Below, piece after piece: positions 20,195 through 29,017 of a stretch of 64,000 bases of DNA (its first letter is position 1; the number at the start of each line of letters is the position of its first letter). The notes beneath the pieces are model-generated. The model did not search any database, was not told the DNA's origin, and was given only the letters and a program-made list of their open reading frames with translations. A program made the position numbers and the translations under genes. This DNA is from Candidatus Bathyarchaeota archaeon. Lineage in GTDB: Archaea > Thermoproteota > Bathyarchaeia > 40CM-2-53-6. The stretch spans positions 448,001 through 512,000 of the forward strand of contig CAVTBR010000001.1 in assembly GCA_963733055.1 (NCBI GenBank), given 5' to 3'.

Positions 20195-21112
20195 CTACAG
20201 AAGGCTCCACGCCTTGCCCCAGCTTCGCTTTCCATTCGCAATGACGCTCTCCGATGTCTCGCCTGCGCCCGGTTTGAGTTCGAATCCAATGACCGGCGAG
20301 ATTTCTTTCGGAGTTGAGGGTATGTACCCAATGCTTTTCAGTGCTCGCAGGAATTCAACAAGCTGTGGGATGTCATTCTCTCCGCCTTTCAGGCCGAACC
20401 TTGGATGCTTATCCCCAAATGCCGGATGCCCCGGTGTTTTCACACAGTTGCCAACGTGCACGTGAACCAAATGATCCTTGAGCATACGCAACGCATCTGT
20501 AGGATTCTCATCCAGTAACGGCGCGTGCCCCATGTCATACATTAATCCAAAGTCAGAGAACTTCACTCTGACCGCTTTCGATACCGAAAGCGCCTCCGGC
20601 GAAGGGCCTATCAGACTCTTCTTCTCTATGGTCCGGTCGAACGTCTCTAAGGTCACGCTCACCCCCCTCTCTTTAGCGTATGAGCAGAGTTGCAGGAGCG
20701 AATCCACGAGCAGCCTACGTGCTTCTTCCCGTTTCTCGGGGCCCGGATCAGGCCCGCTCAGTACGGTGAAACGCTTCGCGCCTATCTCCTTCGCCTCGTC
20801 GATGCAAGGTAACAGTGTCTTGATGGCTTCGCGTCGTCGTGACTCATCCAGCGAATTAAGGTCCAGTTTTTGGCTGAGAATTGGTGGCTGCGCACCAAAG
20901 GCAACACGAGCATGCGAGGTCTCGATAGTATCAGCAACTTGCTTTCTTACTTGAGGATCATTAATGTGAGATATCTCGATCATTGAAAAGAAAGGATCAT
21001 TGACTATTCGAGAGACCGTCTCAAGTATTGGCCCCGAGCCCGCCATGGTATCGGGAAATATCATGAAGTGAACAATGCTCAAGTCCACCAGAGGTTTCCA
21101 GGAATCTTTCAT
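20195..21112 (-). CDS. Sugar-phosphate isomerase/epimerase (xylose-isomerase-like TIM barrel)
   Basis: Metal ligands LETFD, YDMGH, HVHVGN, DKHPRFG, GFELKP. Confidence 0.8.
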   Translation of the reverse strand: MKDSWKPLVDLSIVHFMIFPDTMAGSGPILETVSRIVNDPFFSMIEISHINDPQVRKQVADTIETSHARVAFGAQPPILSQKLDLNSLDESRRREAIKTLLPCIDEAKEIGAKRFTVLSGPDPGPEKREEARRLLVDSLLQLCSYAKERGVSVTLETFDRTIEKKSLIGPSPEALSVSKAVRVKFSDFGLMYDMGHAPLLDENPTDALRMLKDHLVHVHVGNCVKTPGHPAFGDKHPRFGLKGGENDIPQLVEFLRALKSIGYIPSTPKEISPVIGFELKPGAGETSESVIANGKRSWGKAWSLL

Positions 21113-21169
21113 CTATTCCTCACCAGAACCCGAGAGCCGCATATGCCTGCTTTGATTTCCCATTGTTAA

Positions 21170-22513
21170 TCAGCTGACTTCCTTGTCCGGTATTACGAGT
21201 GCTTTGTCGAGGGCGTCGACGCCTTGGTCTATTTCCTCTGGCGTAACTATCAGTGGGGGGGCTATTATCAGGCAGTTGAGCCACGACATTACGTAGGTCC
21301 CGTTCCTCATGCATTCTGCGGCGACTCGGTCAACAACCATCGGTTTACCTTGAAGCTTCTCTTCACGAGTATTGAAGGGCTGCTTAGATTTCCGGTTCCG
21401 AACAAGCTCCAGCGACCAAAATAGTCCCATTCCTCGGACATCGCCAACGGACGGATGCTTTTCCTGAAGGGCCTTCAGCTGCTTTCCAAGATGTTGACCC
21501 ATTGTCCGCGCCCGCTCGATTAGGTTCAATCGCTTGTATTCTCCAATTGCAGCGACACCCGGCGCGAGTGTCAGAGGGTGAGCTTCGTACGTGTGACCGT
21601 GCGCAAAGTAATGTTCCTCGAAGTAGTCGGAAATCTCGCGCGTTGTGGCGGTGACACTGAGCGGGATATAGGCTCCCGTGATGCCCTTGGCGGTGGTTAG
21701 GATGTCTGGTTTAACCTTCCAGTGATTAACGGCGAACCACTCTCCGATTCGACCCCAACCTGTCATGACCTCGTCGCAGATCAGTAAAACTCCGTTCTGT
21801 TCAGTGATCTCACGTAGCCGCGGCAAATACTCGTCGGGAGGAAGAATGACGCCGTTGGCACCGACTATTGGCTCTACGATAACAGCCGCGACGTTCGACT
21901 CATGTTTAATCATGTACTCGATATAGTCTGCGCAGGCGATACCGCAGTCTGGATACTCCAATCCGAATGGACAACGATAACAGTAAGCGTCCGGTCCAAA
22001 GATCACACCTTCCATTTTGCCGGCCGGCTCGATTGGATAACGACGCGGATCCCCCGTAGCAGCTATCGAACCAGCAGTCGACCCATGGTACGACACATAT
22101 CGCGAGATTATCTTGTACTTGCCCGTGAATAACCTCGCAATCTTGAAAGCAGCCTCATTTGCCTCCGTCCCAGAAGTCGCGTAGAAGAACTTCTCAAGCC
22201 CAGTTGGCATAACCTCTTTCAGAGCTGAAGTTAATCGTGCTCGCGCCTCAGTTGTGAAACCTGGGGCGACGTAAGGCAGTTTCCTAGCCTGTTCACATAT
22301 TGCCTCAATTACCGCCTTGTTGCCATGACCAAGATTGCTGCACATCAACTGTGATGCGAAATCCAAGAATCGTTGACCCGACGCATCAGTGAAGTAGCAC
22401 CCTTCTGCACTTACAATCTCCCGAGGCGTCCAACCTTTTTGCGCACGCCACGTTCCGTACGTATACTGCTTAGTTACATTCACATCATCCGACCGCTCTG
22501 TTACCTGGACCAT
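21170..22513 (-). CDS. Class-III aminotransferase (taurine/beta-alanine:pyruvate-like)
   Basis: SGTEANE, SYHGST, EPIVGANG, DEVMTGWGRIG, TAKG (PLP Lys), GHTY. Confidence 0.9.
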   Translation of the reverse strand: MVQVTERSDDVNVTKQYTYGTWRAQKGWTPREIVSAEGCYFTDASGQRFLDFASQLMCSNLGHGNKAVIEAICEQARKLPYVAPGFTTEARARLTSALKEVMPTGLEKFFYATSGTEANEAAFKIARLFTGKYKIISRYVSYHGSTAGSIAATGDPRRYPIEPAGKMEGVIFGPDAYCYRCPFGLEYPDCGIACADYIEYMIKHESNVAAVIVEPIVGANGVILPPDEYLPRLREITEQNGVLLICDEVMTGWGRIGEWFAVNHWKVKPDILTTAKGITGAYIPLSVTATTREISDYFEEHYFAHGHTYEAHPLTLAPGVAAIGEYKRLNLIERARTMGQHLGKQLKALQEKHPSVGDVRGMGLFWSLELVRNRKSKQPFNTREEKLQGKPMVVDRVAAECMRNGTYVMSWLNCLIIAPPLIVTPEEIDQGVDALDKALVIPDKEVS

Positions 22514-22603
22514 TAACCTTCAATCTCGCGATTTTCAAGATTGACTTAAGCCTAATAGGATTACTATCAAATTCCCGCGTTAGAATTCTGAACACCGAAT
22601 AAG

Positions 22604-22618
22604 AATGAGAATCTCATT
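22604..22618. promoter_or_regulatory. 7-1-7 inverted repeat AATGAGA-A-TCTCATT, candidate operator
   Basis: Perfect arms, in the divergent promoter between the aminotransferase operon and the Ldh-family gene. Confidence 0.5.
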
Positions 22619-22656
22619 ACCAAACCCTAACGAATCGGTATCTATGGGTGAGATTC

Positions 22657-23698
22657 ATGCGAACCTATGCTGAGAGCAAATGGAGAGACCTCGGGGTTCA
22701 AATGGTGGAGTCTTCGGGAGTTTCTTCGGAAGACGCGCGAACAATCACAGACATCTTAGTTTCAGGCAGCCTTAGAGGAATTGATTCTCATGGCGTCCGG
22801 GTTCTGCCTCGCTTCACGGAGAAGAGACGCAAGGCGGAGATGAAAATGCTGAAAGAAATGCCGGCCACTGCGTTGCTTGATGCCGGCGGTGCGTGGGGCC
22901 CCGTTTCAGCTAAGAGGGCTATGGAAATCGCAATAGAGAAGGCGAGAAAGATGGGCACTGCCACTTGTAGCATTGTCAACGGCGAATGGATCACCAACCT
23001 TTTCTATTATTCGATGATGGCGCAGGAAAATGACATGATCGGAATTGCATTAGCTCGTGAAGGCCCAGTTTGTGCGCCTTGGGGCGGTACCAAGCCGGTG
23101 ACCGGCACGAACCCGATGAGCATCGCGATCCCCGCAGGAAAGCGGTACCCAATAGTTTCCGACTTCGCTACTACAATAGTTGCTGTGGGGCACTTGAAGT
23201 CACTCCTGTTGGAAGGTAAACCGATACCCCAAGATTACCTGATCGACAGGCAAGGAAAACGCGTTGAAACCAGGTGAGCTGAATATGGGAAATATCGATG
23301 CAACATTAGAGAAACCATCATCACCATACGCGCTGCTGCCCTTCGGCACGTACAAAGGCTACGGAATCAACGTGGCGATAGACGTGCTGGGAGGAGCGTT
23401 GAATCTGTCGGGAACCGGATCTAGGGCAAAGGGGCAGGGAGCTTTGATGACAGCCATCAACGTGGAGGCTTTCGTACCCGTCAAAGAATTCAAAGACGAA
23501 GTCGACCGACTAATCGAAGAAATCAAATCATCCCCGACCAGACCCGGATTCCAAGAAGTACTCCTTCCAGGGGAAAGAGAACACACGACGATGGAGAAGA
23601 GAAGGAAAGAGGGAATCCCCATAGATGAAAAATCTTGGGAAGCAATTGTCGACACATGCCACAAGCTAGGAATGGATTCGACGAAGATAATGGGTTGA
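22657..23698 (+). CDS. Ldh2/malate-L-lactate dehydrogenase family (AllD/ComC/DpkA-like) oxidoreductase, +1 frameshift at AAA 23267-23269
   Basis: RGIDSHGV, GTNP, DFAT in ORF 22648..23277; GTYKGYG, LPGERE in ORF 23264..23698. Removing one A joins them. Confidence 0.8.
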
Positions 23699-23846
23699 CA
23701 TTCCTCTCTATTTTCGAGAGGTAATCGAACAACTCTTCGACGCGCGGCATTGAAACTTCTAACGCGCTCGAAAGATGTTTTCTCAATTCGAACTGCGCGC
23801 CTAGCCTTAAATCGACAACTTCACGTCTCTCTGCCGGCTAATACAG

Positions 23847-25184
23847 ATGGACTCCTACACGAAACCGAAGATAGTCGTCGAACCTCCCGGACCGAAGGCA
23901 AGAGAGATCATCAAGCGCGATGAAAAAATAACTTCACCCTCCCTAACCCGCACCGCACCACTCGTTGGCGTCAAGTCTGATGGAGTCTGGATTGAGGACA
24001 TCGACGGTAACGTATTCTTGGATTTCGGGTCTGGAATTGCTGTCTCCAACGTTGGCCACTCGAACCAGAAGGTTGTCGATGCCATTAAGAAACAGGTGGA
24101 AACGTGCGATCACATCAATAGCTGTGATTACTTCACTGTCCCCCAAGTCGAGTACGGCGAAAGACTCCTAGCGCGCCTGCCTGGCAACTTCGCAAAGCGA
24201 GTTTTCTTCGGAAATAGCGGGGCGGAAGCGGTGGAGTGTGCGATTAAGATCGCAAAGTGGCATTCTAGGAGGCCGTACCTGATCTCTTTTATCGGGGGCT
24301 TTCACGGACGAACGATGGGCGCCCTATCTGTCACGACTACGAGTGCCGCTGCGAGAAGATTCTTCTTTCCGATGATGCCTGGTGCCATGCCCGTTCCTTA
24401 CGCATACTGCTACCGGTGCGTGTACAAGCAGAGTTACCCGGATTGCGGAATGTGGTGCCTAGGCTACATCGAGGAAGTAGTCCTCAAGAAACTCATTTCC
24501 CCAGACGAAGTTGCGGGGCTTATTGTTGAACCAATCCAAGGCGCGGGGGGCTATATCGTGCCGCCGAAGGAATTCCTCCCAGGATTAAGGAAGATTTGTG
24601 ACAAGTATGGCATAATCATGATCGATGACGAAGTCCAGACCGGTTTTGGTAGAACCGGCAAGATGCTTGCTTGTGAGCACTGGAACGTCATACCCGATAT
24701 CATTTTGATGTCGAAAGCGATGGCGGGCGGACTCCCCATGAGTGCATGCATCTCAAAAGCCGACATAATGGATTGGGACCCCAATGCACACGAAAACACT
24801 TTGGGCGGAAACCCGATCATCGTGGCCGCCGCGCTCGCCGTGCTAGATGTTCTAACAGAGGAGCGGCTGATCGAAAATGCTGCGAAAGTCGGAGATTACA
24901 TGCTCAAGAGATTCAAGGAAATCATGGAGGAGTGCAGCCTGGTTGGGGACGTGAGGGGGAAGGGCATGATGGTGGGCGTTGAATTCGTCAAGGACCGAGA
25001 GACGAAGGAATACGCAACCAAGGAAAGAGACGACCTCATCCTAAGGACATTCAAGAGGGGGCTTCTAATTTTGGGAGCAGGACCATCCAGTGTCCGCCTT
25101 GCACCACCATTGATCACGACCTCAGACCAAGCTGAAACTGGCATCCAAATATTCGAAGAAGAACTGAAGGCGGTCTCAAAGTAG
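23847..25184 (+). CDS. Class-III PLP enzyme (4-aminobutyrate/ornithine aminotransferase or racemase-like)
   Basis: PKIVVEPPGPKA, NSGAEAVE, GFHGRT, DEVQTGFGRTG, MSKA, GGNP, RLAPPL. Confidence 0.9.
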   Translation: MDSYTKPKIVVEPPGPKAREIIKRDEKITSPSLTRTAPLVGVKSDGVWIEDIDGNVFLDFGSGIAVSNVGHSNQKVVDAIKKQVETCDHINSCDYFTVPQVEYGERLLARLPGNFAKRVFFGNSGAEAVECAIKIAKWHSRRPYLISFIGGFHGRTMGALSVTTTSAAARRFFFPMMPGAMPVPYAYCYRCVYKQSYPDCGMWCLGYIEEVVLKKLISPDEVAGLIVEPIQGAGGYIVPPKEFLPGLRKICDKYGIIMIDDEVQTGFGRTGKMLACEHWNVIPDIILMSKAMAGGLPMSACISKADIMDWDPNAHENTLGGNPIIVAAALAVLDVLTEERLIENAAKVGDYMLKRFKEIMEECSLVGDVRGKGMMVGVEFVKDRETKEYATKERDDLILRTFKRGLLILGAGPSSVRLAPPLITTSDQAETGIQIFEEELKAVSK

Positions 25185-25431
25185 TAAGCGAACCCAAAAC
25201 CCCGACCGGCCCGTAAACTTAACGACTTCACTGTTATTGAAAACGCCACAGTCGCCTAACGTTAGTTCTCTGGCTGTGAAGCAGAAAGCATAAGTCATGG
25301 AATACTAGTCGGGCTGAAAGAACGATGATGATCTTCCAGTTGAACGAGGTTCCAGATTATTCTGTCCGCTCAACTGGCGAAAACAAATTGGTTTCGGAAC
25401 GCGGAGGTACGGAGCGCTGATAGACTTAACA

Positions 25432-26883
25432 GTGAATGAAGCCGGTCTCAAGAGAACGGCGAGGAGATGTCATGATAAGAATATCATTATACCTACTTTC
25501 TCTCAGCTGAAAAATCCGAACACCGCGCCCGACAAGATCAAGGAGCAACTCAAGCAGATTGGGCTTTGGGATATAGCGCCCCAGAATTTGTTCAGAATTA
25601 CGTGGAAGAATGAACCCGTAGCAAAGGGAGGGCTCTTTCGATCCATTCCCGACTACATAGAATTGCCACCGGAACTGACCGGGGTTGAGGCGCGCATAAT
25701 CGCCTTGGTCGGAAAATGGTTCCCGACGGGGTCGCACAAGGTTGGGGCGTCCTTCGGCTGCCTGGTCCCTCCACTCGTAACAGGCCAGTTTGACCCGACC
25801 GTGCACAAGGCCGTCTGGCCCAGCACCGGAAACTTCTGCAGGGGAGGCGCCTATGACGCGACCCTCCTCGGCTGCGATAGCATCGCCATCCTCCCCGAGC
25901 AAATGTCCCAAGAACGATTTCAATGGTTGAAGACAGTGGCGGGGGAGATCATCGCCACACCCGGAAGCGAGAGTAATGTGAAGGAGATTTACGACAAGGT
26001 CTGGGAGCTCAAGCGCACTAGAAAAGACATCTTCGTCTTCAACCAATTCTCTGAATTCGGAAACTACCTATTCCACTACGACGTCACCGGGCACGCATTT
26101 GAGGAAGTTATCAAGAAAGAAGCGATAGGGAGCCGCTTTCGTGGCGTTTGCCTGACCACCGGTTCCGCGGGAACAATCGCGTCCGGCGATTACTTGAAAC
26201 AGGTTTACCCAGCGTCGAAGATAGCGGCGGGGGAAGCTGTGCAATGCCCAACGCTATTGCTGAACGGGTATGGGGCGCATCGGATTGAGGGGATCGGCGA
26301 CAAACACGTCCCATGGATCCATAACGTAAGAAACACAGACTTAGTCATCGGAATCGATGACAACGACCCAATGAATCTGCTACGGTTATTCAACGAACCC
26401 GCAGGACGTAATTACCTAGTCAAGGAGGTGGGAGTGTCAGAGGAACTTGTCTCCCAGCTTGACCTGCTTGGAATTTCGAGTATAGCCAACGTCCTCATGG
26501 CGGTTAAGTTCGCAAAGTATTACGAGCTAACCAGCAGCGACCTCCTCCTCACCGTATTCACCGACTCGGCGGAAATGTACCAGTCCAGGCTACAAGAAGC
26601 ACGCAGCCAACAAGGTGAATACCGCCCGCAGCACGCAATTCGCGATTACAGCCAGCATCTAATGGCTATGAAGCTTGACTCGATGATGGAACTCACCTAT
26701 CGCGACAGGAAGAGGGTACACAACCTGAAGTACTTCACGTGGATCGAACAACAAATGATCGACCTCGACGAATTAAACCAGCAATGGTACGACTACGAAA
26801 ACTATTGGGGAGAAATACGGACATTAACCCCTAAAATTGACGAATTGATCACCCAATTCAACCACAGAGTAGGACTACTGTAA
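25432..26883 (+). CDS. Long PALP-family (fold type II) PLP-dependent enzyme, function unknown
   Basis: FPTGSHKVG (PLP Lys), WPSTGNFCRGG, TTGSAGT, HRIEGIGD, LGISS. Confidence 0.8.
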   Translation: MNEAGLKRTARRCHDKNIIIPTFSQLKNPNTAPDKIKEQLKQIGLWDIAPQNLFRITWKNEPVAKGGLFRSIPDYIELPPELTGVEARIIALVGKWFPTGSHKVGASFGCLVPPLVTGQFDPTVHKAVWPSTGNFCRGGAYDATLLGCDSIAILPEQMSQERFQWLKTVAGEIIATPGSESNVKEIYDKVWELKRTRKDIFVFNQFSEFGNYLFHYDVTGHAFEEVIKKEAIGSRFRGVCLTTGSAGTIASGDYLKQVYPASKIAAGEAVQCPTLLLNGYGAHRIEGIGDKHVPWIHNVRNTDLVIGIDDNDPMNLLRLFNEPAGRNYLVKEVGVSEELVSQLDLLGISSIANVLMAVKFAKYYELTSSDLLLTVFTDSAEMYQSRLQEARSQQGEYRPQHAIRDYSQHLMAMKLDSMMELTYRDRKRVHNLKYFTWIEQQMIDLDELNQQWYDYENYWGEIRTLTPKIDELITQFNHRVGLL

Positions 26884-26895
26884 ACCAGGAATCCC

Positions 26896-27132
26896 CTATT
26901 GCAGTAAGTAGATGAATTCGTCTCTCGTCAATCCTGTCTGTTCGATTATTGAGAGCAGTGTCTCGATCTTGATTGGGTCGTGTCTAGGTACGGTAACTTT
27001 GCGTTTCCTGGCTTTGTCGGTGAGATAGATGTGACTTCCCCGCTGGTGCGTAACAAACAAACCTGTCTTCTTAAGAGCCTTGATGACCTCCCTCCAGCCT
27101 ATCTGAGGGAGCTTCTTAGACAGTGACCTCAA
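26896..27132 (-). CDS. hicA: HicA-family toxin (mRNA interferase)
   Basis: REVIKALKKTG..HQRGSH, VTVPRH, TLLSIIEQTGL; overlaps the hicB 3' end. Confidence 0.85.
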   Translation of the reverse strand: MRSLSKKLPQIGWREVIKALKKTGLFVTHQRGSHIYLTDKARKRKVTVPRHDPIKIETLLSIIEQTGLTRDEFIYLLQ

Positions 27133-27346
27133 CTACTTCCTTCTTGAACTTGAGGCGCTCCGATTCCTCAGGGAAGGCTTCCAAATAGCCCTTGATGGCC
27201 TCCCTGATATTCTTCAAAGCCTCTTCCTTCGTTTCACCTTCGCTAATTGCCCCCGGAAGCTCAAGGCATTGCACTGAATACCCTCCTTCTCTTTCAACAC
27301 GAAGGACGACGGTGAATGTGTCCTGCTTGACCTTCGACTTACTCAT
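27116..27346 (-). CDS. hicB: HicB-family antitoxin (short form without C-terminal DNA-binding domain)
   Basis: EGGYSVQCLELPGAISEGETKEEALKNIREAIKGYL. Confidence 0.9.
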   Translation of the reverse strand: MSKSKVKQDTFTVVLRVEREGGYSVQCLELPGAISEGETKEEALKNIREAIKGYLEAFPEESERLKFKKEVVEVTV

Positions 27347-27409
27347 AGCCTACTCTATTCGAAGAACGAGCTTATTAGCGATTCAGCGTCGCCCTGCTCC
27401 GAGCGGCGT

Positions 27410-28801
27410 TCATTCCGTTGTCCATTTTGTGGCGATGTCGATCTCAGCCCGTTGAAGAAGGTTGTTTGCGTGTTCATTTGCATCACGGATGATCTTCTTC
27501 TCGTCGAGTGTTTTGACAACTCTATTTTCCATGATGATTTTTCCATCGATTATCGTGGTTTCAACGTCTGATCCTTCGGCAGCGTAGACGAGGTGGGAGA
27601 CTGGGTTGAAGGTAGGGGTCAGGTGAGGCTTCTGCATGTTCACAATGATCAAGTCCGCCTTTTTCCCGGTTTCGAGGACGCCGATCTGATCTTGCAGGCT
27701 TAGGGCTTTGGCTCCATTGATAGTAGCCATTTCGAGAACGGTTTCAGCGCTCAGGGCGAGAGGGTCCATCGTTCTCGCCTTTTGTAGAAGTGATGCGGTC
27801 TTCATTTCTCGAACCATATCGTAGGTATTGTTACTGGGACCACCATCGCATCCGATCCCAACGTTTACTCCGGCTTTCATCATCTCTGGCACCTTTGCCA
27901 TTCCCGAAGATAGTTTCATGTTGGAGGAGGGGCAGTGCGCGACGTGTGCGCCCTTACTAGCTAAGATCTTCCACTCCATCTCCGTCAACCACACACCATG
28001 CGCAAAGACCACATTCGGCCCGGTCAGGCCAACTTGGTCCATGAATTCCGCGGGCGTCTTGCCAAACTCCTTCTTCGTGTAACGAACGTCCTCCTGAACC
28101 TCACTCAGATGCATCGTTACCCCAGTTCCAAGGCGTTTTGCCCCTTCCGCAATCTGAGTGTAGAGCTGAGGCGTGCAGCCGCCTAGTGAGCGAGCGCCGT
28201 ACCAAACCTTGATCCTATCATCAGCTTTGCCTTTCCAATGCTTGAAATGGGTCTCAACCTCCCGAAGGCATGTTTCACCATCCTCAATCATCCCAGCGTG
28301 CATAATGCTCTTCTCCGACCCGTAGCCTGGTAGACCCATTACGGTCTTTGAGAGAATCCCGCGCATTCCAGCCCTATCAACAACTCCGGCGATTCCATCA
28401 AACCCATAACGAGAGTGAAGCAGGCTCTCGAGAAACGTGGTCGTTCCGGACTTGATCATCTCAAGCATGCAAAGCTCCGCGCTCACCTTCCCGTCCTCAG
28501 CGGTAAAGTTGCCTTGGAGGGGCCAAACGAATTTCTGAAGCCAATCAATCAGCGAAGTGTCATCCGCGCTACCCCGAATCAAAGCCTGAGCGAGATGCAC
28601 ATGAGTATCAACCAAGCCTGGCAACACGACCTTCCCTTTCGCGTCAATCTCGAATTCCGCGCGGCGTTGCGGCTTAACGTCAACGGTTTTGCCAACCTGC
28701 GAGATTACGCCGGTATCGACGAGAACCGCACCATCCCTGATTACCCGTCGATGCGGGTCCATGGTGACAACTGTCCCACCCTTGATGAGAATTGAAGTCA
28801 A
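27410..28801 (-). CDS. Amidohydrolase, MtaD/SsnA/AtzA-like (nucleoside or heterocycle deaminase)
   Basis: PGLVDTHVH, MHLSE, FAHGVW, HCPSSNMKL, GCDGGPSNN. Confidence 0.85.
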   Translation of the reverse strand: MTSILIKGGTVVTMDPHRRVIRDGAVLVDTGVISQVGKTVDVKPQRRAEFEIDAKGKVVLPGLVDTHVHLAQALIRGSADDTSLIDWLQKFVWPLQGNFTAEDGKVSAELCMLEMIKSGTTTFLESLLHSRYGFDGIAGVVDRAGMRGILSKTVMGLPGYGSEKSIMHAGMIEDGETCLREVETHFKHWKGKADDRIKVWYGARSLGGCTPQLYTQIAEGAKRLGTGVTMHLSEVQEDVRYTKKEFGKTPAEFMDQVGLTGPNVVFAHGVWLTEMEWKILASKGAHVAHCPSSNMKLSSGMAKVPEMMKAGVNVGIGCDGGPSNNTYDMVREMKTASLLQKARTMDPLALSAETVLEMATINGAKALSLQDQIGVLETGKKADLIIVNMQKPHLTPTFNPVSHLVYAAEGSDVETTIIDGKIIMENRVVKTLDEKKIIRDANEHANNLLQRAEIDIATKWTTE

Positions 28802-29017
28802 CTCGATCTACCCATCGCTCATGTTCGCTAATAATTACGGCTTCTTGATAGATGGTTAGAGTAATTCGTCCTCTTTCAAACTTCAGCTCTAAACGCTACG
28901 CGAACACGAGAAAAATGGGGTGCTTGAGTTGGGCCGAATTTTCGGCTGATAATCAGTAGTGAACATAAGTACGAAGATGTTAAATTCGCAAAAACCGAGA
29001 TTAAGAGTGGTCGTCTT

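Noticed and set aside
6676-23269. Programmed ribosomal frameshifting at the split genes
   Set aside because: No X-XXY-YYZ slippery heptamer or stimulatory structure at the junctions, and the lesions are scattered across unrelated families.
28933-28956. Adjacent small palindromes GCCGAA-TT-TTCGGC and CTGAT-A-ATCAG
   Set aside because: Arms of 5-6 bp arise often by chance, and no second copy was found.
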